A DNA stretch of 64,000 bases from Octopus sinensis (lineage: Eukaryota). The stretch lies in NCBI RefSeq assembly GCF_006345805.1, contig NC_042998.1, positions 100,068,001 through 100,132,000 on the forward strand. The letters run 5' to 3'. A program made the translations under genes and the position numbers. Of the stretch, positions 1 to 10,046 are shown piece by piece (within the stretch, counting starts at the first letter, position 1; each line of letters begins with the position of its first letter). A model generated the notes under the pieces. It saw nothing but the letters and a program-made list of their open reading frames with translations, was not told the DNA's origin and made no database searches.

Positions 1-937
1 CTAGCATTCTACCCAGATTTATAGGTTATTCATTAAGTACTGGCCCTTTATAGCAGCTTAAGAGGTATTGACAATGACCAAATGGGAGAAATACTCAGCT
101 TTACTAATCTACAACAATATCAGATTTTTTAATCATGTTTTGAGTTTATCTTTACTACTGGATACATTCAAATATATAACAAAATTTTTTTGAATTATCT
201 TTCAAAAGAGAAGTCACCTTACATTTCTGGTTTTTTTTTTGTAAGGAATGACTGGCTGAGGTTGACTTGGCCTTTCATCTTTTTGGAGTCAATGAAATAA
301 ATACTAGTTGAGCACTAGTCAATGTAACCAACTTCCCCATCCCTTGAATTTGCTGACTTGTACCAAAATTTGCAATCTATATTTTGTAAAGAATCACAAA
401 ATCTTTGTATGAGCTTGAATGAAAAGTAAATACTCTATTTTGGAGATCAAATTAAAAAGAAATCACCTTATCTTCAAATATATATAGGATAATTCAATTG
501 ATCCAGCTTTTGATTATTTTCAGCATGTGTACTTCTACTAAGGTTGAGGTTTAGTTGGTTCACTTTATTCACATGATAGTTTCAAAGTTTTTATCTGCCA
601 AACCACTTGTATCATAACAGAGGCCTACTGTCTGAAGGACCATTGATTCATAATGCTAGGAGTGTTGTCCTGTCCTTGGTCAAATCATTTAACACTTAAT
701 GGCCTAATCAACCTAATCATAAATAGACAACTTACAGAAACATACAATTCAGTGCTGTAATATACAAGAGCATTGTATAGTTAACAAATGTATTATTAGC
801 ATATAGCATAATATTTTTACATTTGCTCTTGTTGAGGTTAGCTTTGTATGAAAGATGAATCTAGATGGTTTATGTTTATCTGTCTGAAATTGATCTATGT
901 AGAAATGTTGAGGATATGATTGTCAAAGGAAACATAC

Positions 938-1039
938 TTTTTCTCTTCCAAATACTTTTGTATTTCCCAGTAATGTCGTTGATCTTGAGTTTCATTGGTT
1001 AATACCATAAAACCATAGATAATAGAACCACCACATAAA
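938..1039 (-). CDS. TIMMDC1: TIMMDC1 coding exon 6 (..GLCGGSIIYGFMVLTNETQDQRHYWEIQKYLEEK); the true 3' end of the CDS is uncertain
   Basis: Acceptor ttcattcag at 1040-41, phase 2 continues exon 5; candidate donor AA|gtatgt at 937. If unspliced, the frame runs to the stop at 895. Confidence 0.7.
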
Positions 1040-1353
1040 CTGAATGAAAATAGAGAAATGAAGACAAAATTCGTCAACAAATAAAATAGAAGTCTTTGCA
1101 GTTTGCATCAAAAATACCTTAGCAAATAGTGGGATTAACAGTTGGGTTGATCAGAGAGGCATAAGCATGTAAATATATTGATACAGGACAATATGAAAAG
1201 GAAAAATTCAAAGTTTATTCATTAAAGAAGACTCAAGAAATTAAATATTTTTTTAAAGATCTTATGAAGGATGCTGTGACGTTTAATGCATGTCCATATG
1301 TAATCAAACCTATCAGAGAAAAGACTGTAAGAAAATGTAAAATATATACATAC

Positions 1354-1432
1354 CCCATGAGTGAACCAAATATACCACCACTAACCATTCCTCTCAGTCC
1401 CAAGTTCACCTTCAGTAACATTCCTGTTATCC
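1354..1432 (-). CDS. TIMMDC1: TIMMDC1 coding exon 5 (GITGMLLKVNLGLRGMVSGGIFGSLMG)
   Basis: ctgcag| acceptor, |gtatgt donor, 79 nt, phase 1->2; resembles human [24 protein letters not shown] as recalled. Confidence 0.92.
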
Positions 1433-1489
1433 CTGCAGATTAGAAAAGACAAAAAAACAAAATGATAACGTAAATACCTTCCCATTTTT

Positions 1490-2350
1490 CATCATCATCG
1501 TTTAACATCCACTTTCCATGCTGGCATGGGTTGGACGGTTTGACTGAGGACTGGCAAGCCATAAGGCTGCATCAAGCTCTAATCTAATCTGGCAAGGTTT
1601 CTACAGCTGGATGTCCTTCCTAATGCCAACCACTCCAAGAGTGTAGTGGGTGCTTTTTATGTGCCACTGGCACAGGAGCCAGTCAGGCAGCACTGGCATC
1701 AACCACACTCAATTGGTGCTTTTCACGTGCCACCAGCACGGGTGCCAGTCAGGTGACACTAGCATCAGCCACGACTATGATTTCAGTTGACTCAACAGGT
1801 CTTCTCAAATACAGCATATTGCCCAACAATTGAAGGAAACTCTTAAATGAGCCGGTTATGCAACACTGGTATTGGCCATGGCTATGATCTCACTTCACTT
1901 GTCAGGTCTTCTCCATCACAGCATATCTCCAAAGGTCTTGGTCACTTGTCATTGCCTCAGTGAGACTGAACGTATGAATGTTGTGCTTCACCACCTCATC
2001 CCATGTCTTCTTGGGTTTACCTTTTCCACACGTTCCTTCCACTGTTAGGGTGTGACACTTTTTCACACAGCTGTCCTCATCCATACAGTGCAGTCGTCTC
2101 TCTTGTACACCACATTTGATGCTTTTATGCCCAACTTTTCTCTCAGGGTGCTTACACTCTGTGGTGTATGCACAGACAGTACACATCCATTGGAGCATAC
2201 TAGCTTCCTTTCTTTCAAGCCTATGCATGTCCTCAGCAGTCACAGCCCATGTTTCACTGTCGTGTAGCATGGCTGTTCACACACATGCGTCATACAGTCT
2301 ACATTTCACTCTGAGCAAGAAGCCCTTTGTTACCAGCAGAACAGTGAAAT
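1490..2350 (-). mobile_element. Decayed 3' fragment of the RTE LINE family (end of ORF, 3' UTR, (GAT)n tail)
   Basis: MLHDSETWAVTAEDM...KTWDEVVKH aligns with the C-terminus of the ORF at 7007-8986; tail reads (CAT)n at 1490. Confidence 0.9.
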
Positions 2351-4519
2351 AATTACAATATATAAGACTGTTGTTTAATAACAATCAAACTTGGAAACAT
2401 TTGATCAGGTAACCATTGTTATTATCATCATAATCATTATTATCTTTCCAATATTCATTTTGCTATGCTGATATCTGGTGATATGTGTTTGAGCAGCAAG
2501 CATCATAAAATCTGATCTTACTCCATTTCTTCTTTGGTTTCCTCCTGTCAATGCAAAACCTTTTCATTCAGCCATCTCTCCTGCACATATTAGTTGATGT
2601 CTTTAATTCCCAACTATTTCTTTAGTTCACTTGTTCTCTACTGTTTACATTAGTTGATGTCAGGTTTCTGTGCCGGTGGTACGTAAAAAGCACCCACTAC
2701 ACTCATGGAGTGGTTGGCATTAGGAAGGGCATCCAGTTGTAGAAACACTGCCAGATCAGACTGGAGCCTGGTGCAGCCTCCTGGCTTCCCAGACCTTGGT
2801 TGAATCGTCCAACCCATGCTAGCATGGAAAACGGACGTTAAACGATGATGATGATTAAGCTAAATACACTGTTTAGGGATCCAGATTCCAAGGAATCTGA
2901 GAAAGGTCTTCATTAGCAATAATTAATCCAAGAGGATAGTTTGAAAAACGTCAATAAGTTTATTTTTCCTGAAATGGTTTAATGGTTCAACCTCTTACTC
3001 TTCAATGGAATGTAAAGAAAGATGAAGATGCCATTAGATTAGTTTCATCTTTCTCTAATCCTTGTTGAAAAGCAACAGCCAGTAATGTTATAAAAACCAA
3101 ACCTCAAACTTTCCTTTGAGTACAATATAGCAAATTTGTTATTGTGTAAGTCCCAGGGCAGTACTTATTGAGCAAACCTATGCTTAAAGGTTTTTCACCA
3201 TAACCATTTCAACTTTTTTCTTATAGTCAGTGTCATCTTAAGGTAAGTGATAAGAATGTCGCAGTACTGGGGCATAGGAGATCCTTAAGCACGTGAATGA
3301 TATAATTTTGCCATTTTTATTTAAAGATGGTCCTGGACATAGTTTATCAAGGACTGCATTCTTTATTGTTATTTGCTTTTTTCAAGACTAGAGTTTAATT
3401 TAAAAGAGATTTGGTTGTTATTGTTAGCAAGCCAAATGCACAAAGGTTATCTCACTGGTATGTCATACAATAAAGTAGTTAATGTATATAGTATCCAAGA
3501 CTAGAAAGCTGTTATCACTGGATCAAGTTTTTATACATTATCATCATCATCACTACTGCTATCATAGACATTTTAAACACAGTTTTTCATGCTGCCATAC
3601 TTTGAACAAATCTGCTTTACAGCCAATTGCTTCTGGTTTCCATCCTAAAAACCTCAAGTTCCAACTGGAAATTGAATCTAGTATTCTTTACAAATAGATT
3701 AGTAAAATTACTTCAAAGCAGTAACAATTGATCTACACAAAGCATCATCATCATCATCATCATCATTTAACATCTGTTTTCCATGCTTGCATGGGTTGGA
3801 CAGTAAAAAGCAGTAATAATTAATTCCATAGTGTATTATTAATAAATCACATTGAATTAAAAAGTTAACAATGGTATTTTTCATATACTGTGGAATTAAT
3901 TATCACTGCTTTGAATAGGCTGTTGCTGGAATAATGGTAAAATAGTAGACATGGCAGAAATAAAAACCTTCCTAAATTCTACATAGTGGTCAAACCTGGT
4001 AGAAATAGCAGCCAAATCCCCTCACATTACACTCTTAAAGTTAAAAAAAACACAATATATTCTTATATCCCACTAAAGAGATAGGATGATCACAGCTATA
4101 ATAATTTTGATCATTGGTCAGCTTGAACAGGAAGGACGTGAAGCTGAAGAACAACAACAAATGAACACTACAGTGGAAAGCTGGAATATAAATGATAAAC
4201 AAGTATTTATTTCTAGTCCCCCTATTAGTAAGTTTTAAAGAGAACACATATGATGGCTGATGTGCTATAATCCAACTCATTTTAAAACTTACTGTGCATG
4301 TGCATTCACTCTTCAATATGTATTTTGATTATAAGAGAGTACATAATACATATAAGAATCATGATGTTCCTTATTTGAAGTCATGTAGCTCCCCAACAAG
4401 AAACATGCTTTGCTCTGGCCCTTTACTCTCATACTTCACACTTCTCTATTCCTTATTCTCTTATCAAAATGTTTTCCCTCCCCACTCAAGGTTTGTAGTC
4501 TTGCAAGCTGCAGAGTGAC

Positions 4520-4920
4520 CTCACTAATGCTAGTGGCACAACAAAAAAAAAGCACCCAGTATGTACTGTAAAGTGGTTGACATTAGGAAAGGTATCCGGT
4601 TGTAGAAACCATGCTACAATACAGTCTCAGGGCCCATTGGATCCTGTCAAACCAACAAACCCATGCCAGCATGGAACATACATGTTAAATGATGATGAGG
4701 GTACCATGTAATGGTGCTTGTGACATGTAAAAAGCACTGGTGATGGAACCAAGTAAAAAAAAGCACCCAGCACTCTCTGAAGAATGGCTGGTGTTAGGAA
4801 GAACATCCAGTTGTAGAAACCAAATCAAAACAGACTATGGAACCTGGTGCAGCCCCTGACCTTGCTAGTTCCTGTCATGCCAACATGGAAAATGGACGTT
4901 TAATATTGATGATGATGATG
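4520..4920 (+). mobile_element. Two tandem RTE 3'-end copies
   Basis: Two successive ttaggaaRRRcatcc..tgtagaaac..catgcca..catgga..(gat)n modules. Confidence 0.75.
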
Positions 4921-5035
4921 AACATTCAAAAATTCATAGGTATGGAGAAAATGATTTTAAATTAAAATTATATAAGAAAATAAAAGAAAATTACAAAAAT
5001 AAAGATGGATAAGCAGTAATAAATAAATAACTTAC

Positions 5036-5103
5036 CTGAAGCTATTAAATATTCCCAAACACTGCTTTTGTTTCTGTAGACAGCTATAGATTGTGATAAT
5101 AAA
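5036..5103 (-). CDS. TIMMDC1: TIMMDC1 coding exon 4 (LLLSQSIAVYRNKSSVWEYLIASG)
   Basis: ttttag| and |gtaagt, 68 nt, phase 2->1; VYRNK motif of TIMMDC1. Confidence 0.92.
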
Positions 5104-5832
5104 CTAAAACAAAAAAATGAACAACAGAGTGGTTTTAGTTGGAAATCATCTGAGAGCACATCATTTTCAATTCAAAAGTTGTTTGTACATGAGGAGAAGG
5201 TGCAACAGACAGTTACAGGACATTTGCAATGTTATGTAAAATACATTTGATGTGCTTTTCAAAACTATTGTAGTACTCAACAACCTCATCCATCCTTTTC
5301 ATTTACAAATTTATCCATTTACAGATGTATATCTTTAAAGAGATTTGCTGTGTAAGGCCAGAAAAATGCAAGAAGGTACAAAGTGAACTGGAAAAGAAAA
5401 GAAAACAAAGTTACAGTTTTACCATATATACATATTGGGGTTATGATCCCTTCTTCAGGACATTTGGAAAAAGCAATGGATAGAAAAGTCATTGCTCAGA
5501 TGTGTAGGGGAAGAACATGTGCAGACTAGGGTTACTATAGCAACCAGTCTGCTTCATCCAGTTCCTTCTTGTTGTAAATGGCTGGTCTCAATTTGTTTAC
5601 AAGGAGGGCCTTCATGATTCTCAGGGGCAATCTCAAATTGCACAGACATTTTCCTTGTCATTCTAGCCCATAGAAATACAATGAAGCAATGAGTGGTCCA
5701 TTGGAAGCTTGTAATGAATAACACTATTATTATAGGATATAAAATTAGAATAGAAAAATTGAATTGTTGTAATGTATGAAATATTATGAAACCTTCTCAC
5801 ACACACACAAGCATAAAAAGAAGGCAACTTAC

Positions 5833-5921
5833 AGGAATACTGAGGAGAAGAAACACGTGCGATAACTCCAAAAGACGCCTGACTTCATTCCTGCTAACAC
5901 AACACGGTCAGTCAACATCCT
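5833..5921 (-). CDS. TIMMDC1: TIMMDC1 coding exon 3 (RMLTDRVVLAGMKSGVFWSYRTCFFSSVFL)
   Basis: ttacag| and |gtaagt, 89 nt, phase 0->2, in frame with both neighbouring exons. Confidence 0.88.
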
Positions 5922-6289
5922 CTGTAAATCAAATGAAAAATTTTTAAAAACACATTTTTCCTAATTATTATAATCAGGCATCTGAACTATTTTTTACATT
6001 CTAAGTTCAAATGTTGCTGAGATTAATTTTGCCTTCCATCCCAGAGTCAATGAAATAAGAAGCCATCAAATACTGTGGTTCAGGTACTTAACTAGCCTCT
6101 TCCCCAAATAATTTCAGGCTTTGTGCCTATAATAGAAAGGATTACTACTACTACTACTACTACTACTATCATTATTATTATTATTATTATTAAAGTAGCA
6201 ATTCAGTAATATCAGAGGAGAGCAGTTCATGGCTCGCAGGACGGCCTGCTGTGCTAACCTTAGATCATAGAGTGACCCGCTGTTCTTGA

Positions 6290-6670
6290 GGAGACCTGTT
6301 GAGTCAAATACGTCAACATCAAAATAAAAATTCAAATGGAAATTGTAGTTAAGACACATGTGCCGGTGACACATAAAAAGCACTGTCCGAACGTGGCAGA
6401 TACTAGCGCTGCCTGACTGGCGTCCGTGTCGGTGACACGTAAAAGCACCAACCGATCATGGCCATTTGTCAGCCTGCTCTGGCCCGTGCTGGTGGCACGT
6501 AAAAAACACCCACTACACTCACGGAGTGGTTGGCGTTAGGAAGGGCATCCAGCTGTAGAAACACTGCCAAATCAGACTAGAGCCTGGTGCAGCCTCCATG
6601 GCTTACCAGACCCCAGTCAAACCGTCCAACCCATGCTAGCATGGAAAATGGACATTAAATGATGATGATA
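6290..6670 (+). mobile_element. RTE 3' UTR copy with three GGTGRCACRTAAAA modules
   Basis: Same module and terminal core as 9059-9866. Confidence 0.85.
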
Positions 6671-7006
6671 TATATATATATAAATTTAAAATAATAAGGG
6701 TAAAAAATTGAATATTAATTTGATTAATATCAATTTAAAACCAGTGGTCTAGCATATTAAAATCTGAAGGTTTAGAAATTATATTACATACATGACGAAG
6801 TAGAAGGGGATAGTGTATCACATTGGGTAGAGGACAACTGGACGTTTCTAAGGGACAACCTGCTGAGAGCCACTGACCAGATCTGTGGCTGGTGCAAAGT
6901 CCCCTCTTGTCCCAAGGTAACGTGGTGGTGGAACAGTGTCGTAGACAGGGCTATTAGAGAAAAGAGACAGACTTGGAAGCACTGGAAAAATGGTGGTAGC
7001 AGGGAA

Positions 7007-8986
7007 TTGTATCAGACTGCTAAAAGGGAAGCTAGGAGACAGGTCTATCTAGCCAGAGGGGAAGCAGATAAGAAAAAATTTGCCAATGTTCTGCGCCGTG
7101 AGGACCAAAGACTGGAGGTGTTTCGCGTTGCAAGACAGTGTGTGAGAGAGAATTGTGATGTGGTGGGAGAGAAGTGTGTTCGCATGGAAGATGGTTCACT
7201 TGCGCTAAACGAGGATGCAAAGAGAGAGGCTTGGAGATGCCACTATGAAAGGTTGCTGAATAAAGAAAATGAATGGGATAAAGAGAGTCTGCCGAACGTT
7301 GACCCAACAGAGGGACCAGCTATCAGGGTTGATAGTTCCTTAGTAGTAGCTAAGGCAATTAGAAGCATGAAGACAGGGAAAGCCCCAGGCCCATCAGGTA
7401 TCACTGCAGAAATGCTCAAAATATCTGGTAGTGTCGGCTATAGCCTAGTCACCTGTATAGTTAATCAGGTGATACATGAAGGAGTCATACCCAATGACTG
7501 GTGTAGCAGCATAATAGTCAACTGCTACAAAGGTAAAGGTGATGCCCTAGATACAAATAATTACAGAGGTATCAAGCTGTTGGATCAGGTGATGAAGGTT
7601 ACAGAGAGGGTCATAAGCCAACTAATTAGAGAGAGAGTTAGTTTAGATGAGATGCAGTTTGGTTTCGTGCCAGGGAAAAGTACCACTGATGTTATATTCC
7701 TGGTAAGGCAGCTGCAGGAGAAATACCTAGCCAAAGATAAGGCCCTGTACCTGGCTTTTGTTGACATGGAGAAAGCCTTCGACAGGGTCCCCCGATCCCT
7801 CATATGGTGGTCAATGAGGAAACTAGGAATAGAAGAATGGTTGGTGAGAGCTGTGCAAGCCATGTACAGGGACACTGCTAATAAGGTGAGGGTTGGAAAT
7901 GAGTACAGTGAAGAATTCCGGGTAGAGGTAGGGGTCCACCAAGGCTCAGTCCTCAGCCCCCTCCTATTTATCATAGTCCTCCAGGCAATAACGGAGGAAT
8001 TCAAGACAGGATGCCCCTGGGAGCTCCTCTATGCTGATGACCTTGCTCTAATTGCTGAGTCATTATCAGAACTGGAGAAGAAGTTTCAGGTGTGGAAGCA
8101 TGGTTTAGAATCGAAGGGCCTTAGAGTCAACCTAGCTAAAACCAAAGTCGTAATAAGTAGGAAGGTAGACAAATCACAAACGCCTTCAGGTAGATGGCCC
8201 TGCTTGATCTGTAGAAAAGGTGTAGGTAGAAACTCTATAAGATGCACCAAGTGTAAGCTATGGACACATAAGAGGTGCAGCAATGTCATAGGAAGGCTAA
8301 CTAGGAAGATGGTTTTTGTATGTGGCAGATGCTCGGGAGCATTAACCTCTGAAAATCTGCAGAAAACAACTTCCGTCACTTTCCAGGGGGAAAAACTAGA
8401 AGTGGTTGATAGCTTCCGTTATCTTGGTGACCAAGTCAGTAGTGGGGGTGGGTGTGCTGAAAGTGTAACGGCTAGAGTAAGAATAGCCTGGGCAAAGTTT
8501 AGGGAGCTCTTACCTCTGTTGGTGACTAAAGGCCTCTCGCTCAGAGTAAAAGGCAGACTGTATGATGCATGTGTACGAACAGCCATGCTACATGGCAGTG
8601 AAACATGGGCCGTGACTGCTGAGGACATGCGTAAGCTCGCGAGAAATGAAGCTAGTATGCTCCGTTGGATGTGTAATGTCAGTGTTCATAGTCGACAGAG
8701 TGTAAGTACCTTGAGAGAAAAGTTGGACCTAAGAGGAATCAGATGTTGTGTGCAAGAGAGACGATTGTGCTGGTATGGTCATGTGGTGAGAATGGATGAA
8801 GATAGGTGTGTGAAAAAGTGCCACACCCTGGCAGTTGAGGGGACCTGTGGAAGAGGTAGACCCAGGAAAACCTGGGTCGAGGTGGTGAAGCACGACCTTC
8901 GAACTCTAGGTCTCACCAAGGAAATGACCAGAGACCGAGACCTATGGAAGTATGCTGTGCATGAGAAGACCCGGCAAGACCAGTGA
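7007..8986 (+). CDS. RTE reverse transcriptase ORF remnant (659 aa from the ORF-track start, open upstream to 6791) with inserted PHD-type zinc finger
   Basis: YADD at about 8030-8041; C-x2-C-x10-C-x2-C-x4-H-x2-C-x14-C-x2-C at 8201-8332 between KTKV and LEVVDSFRYLG. Confidence 0.9.
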   Translation: MYQTAKREARRQVYLARGEADKKKFANVLRREDQRLEVFRVARQCVRENCDVVGEKCVRMEDGSLALNEDAKREAWRCHYERLLNKENEWDKESLPNVDPTEGPAIRVDSSLVVAKAIRSMKTGKAPGPSGITAEMLKISGSVGYSLVTCIVNQVIHEGVIPNDWCSSIIVNCYKGKGDALDTNNYRGIKLLDQVMKVTERVISQLIRERVSLDEMQFGFVPGKSTTDVIFLVRQLQEKYLAKDKALYLAFVDMEKAFDRVPRSLIWWSMRKLGIEEWLVRAVQAMYRDTANKVRVGNEYSEEFRVEVGVHQGSVLSPLLFIIVLQAITEEFKTGCPWELLYADDLALIAESLSELEKKFQVWKHGLESKGLRVNLAKTKVVISRKVDKSQTPSGRWPCLICRKGVGRNSIRCTKCKLWTHKRCSNVIGRLTRKMVFVCGRCSGALTSENLQKTTSVTFQGEKLEVVDSFRYLGDQVSSGGGCAESVTARVRIAWAKFRELLPLLVTKGLSLRVKGRLYDACVRTAMLHGSETWAVTAEDMRKLARNEASMLRWMCNVSVHSRQSVSTLREKLDLRGIRCCVQERRLCWYGHVVRMDEDRCVKKCHTLAVEGTCGRGRPRKTWVEVVKHDLRTLGLTKEMTRDRDLWKYAVHEKTRQDQ

Positions 8987-9058
8987 GAACAATCAAAATC
9001 AAATCATATATCAGAAAGCAGGGGTTAAGTGACCCATCTGTTCGTGTCCGCTGGCACC

Positions 9059-9700
9059 CGTGCCGGTGATACGTAAAAGCACCATTCGCTCATGGCCATT
9101 TGCCAGCTCTGCCTGGCCCCGTGTCGGTGGCACGTAAAAGCACCATCCGTTCGTGTTCGTTGCCAGCCTCGCCTGGCCCCGTGTCGGTGGGACGTAAAAG
9201 CACCGTCCGTTCGTGGCCGTTGGCCAGCTCTGTCTGGCCCCGTGTCGGTGGCACGTAAAAGCACCATCCGTTCGTGGCCGTTGGCCAGCTCTGTCTGGCC
9301 CCGTGTCGGTGGCACGTAAAAGCACCATCCGTCCGTGTCCGTTGCCAGCCTCGGCTGGCCCCCGTGCCGGTGACACGTAAAAGCACCGTCCGCTCGTGGC
9401 CGTTTGCCAGCTCTGTCTGGCAACCGTGTCGGTGGCACGTAAAAGCACCATCCGTTCGCGTCCGTTGCCAGCCTTGGCTGGCCCCCGTGCCGGTGACACG
9501 TAAAAGCACCGTCCGTTCGTGGCCGGTTGCCAGCTCTGTCTGGCCCCGTGTCGGTGGCACGTAAAAGCACCATCCGTTCGTGTCCGTTGCCAGCATCGCC
9601 TGGCCCCGTGCCGGTGACACGTAAAAGCACCGTCCGTTCGTGGCCGTTCGCCAGCTCTGTCTGGCACCTGTGCAGGTGGCACGTAAAAAACACCCACTAC
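9059..9700 (+). repeat. Tandem array of ten 60-62 bp GC-rich units plus a terminal unit in the RTE 3' UTR
   Basis: Unit starts at 9059, 9120, 9180, 9241, 9302, 9363, 9425, 9486, 9547, 9607; core GGTGRCACGTAAAAGCACC. Confidence 0.97.
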
Positions 9701-9865
9701 ACTCGCGGAGTGGTTGGCGTTAGGAAGGGCATCCAGCCGTAGAAACACTGCCAGATCTGACTGGGCCTGACGAAGCCTTCCAGCTTCACAGACCCCAGTT
9801 GACCCGTCCAACCCATGCTAGCATGGAAAACGGACGCTAAACGATGATGATGATGATGATGATGA

Positions 9866-10046
9866 TATGAGGGATGATCACTACGTGGACAACCCTAATG
9901 CTAGAAGTAGATCTGTTATGATCTTACCACTATGAAAGGAATGTTCTCAAGAAAATTTTCTCGAGAACATTCCTTTCATAATGATAAGACCATAATGGAT
10001 CTACTTCTAGCATGAGGGTTGTCCACGTAGTGGTCATACCGCTTAT
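9866..10046. mobile_element. Palindromic MITE-like element (164-bp near-perfect inverted repeat)
   Basis: 9874-10037 folds around agaaaattttct with about 8 mismatches in about 82 bp; TA-like flanks. Confidence 0.7.

Larger units (their letters stand above)
6793..9866 (+). mobile_element. 5'-truncated RTE-clade non-LTR retrotransposon, young copy, antisense in a TIMMDC1 intron
   Basis: Frame open from 6791 to 8986; WWWN linker, GKAPGPSGI, NYRGIKLL, MQFGF, FVDMEKAFDRV, GVHQGSVLSPLLF, LYADD, FRYLG; no APE endonuclease in the retained part; ends in (GAT)n. Confidence 0.95.

Noticed and set aside
5425-5465. Hammerhead-like CTGAAGA-AGGGA..CCCC on the minus strand
   Set aside because: The GAAA core is missing; at best a dead Penelope-type motif.
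9059-9700. CRISPR-like array (conserved ~19-nt core plus variable intervals)
   Set aside because: The intervals are homologous to each other rather than unique spacers, there are no cas genes, and the context is an intron of a eukaryotic gene inside a LINE 3' UTR.
9011-9811. Long overlapping ORFs (266, 222 and 176 aa) here, and similar ones at 14338-15176 and 40759-41138
   Set aside because: They result from stop-poor GC-rich tandem units open in several frames on both strands; no domain or splice support.
9059-9866. Assignment of the module to hammerhead, HDV-like, twister, pistol, hatchet or hairpin ribozymes
   Set aside because: There is only partial resemblance (stem followed by UAAA as in pistol and hatchet; AGAAACAC as in hairpin loop B). 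The full catalytic consensus and spacing of none of these classes could be built by eye.
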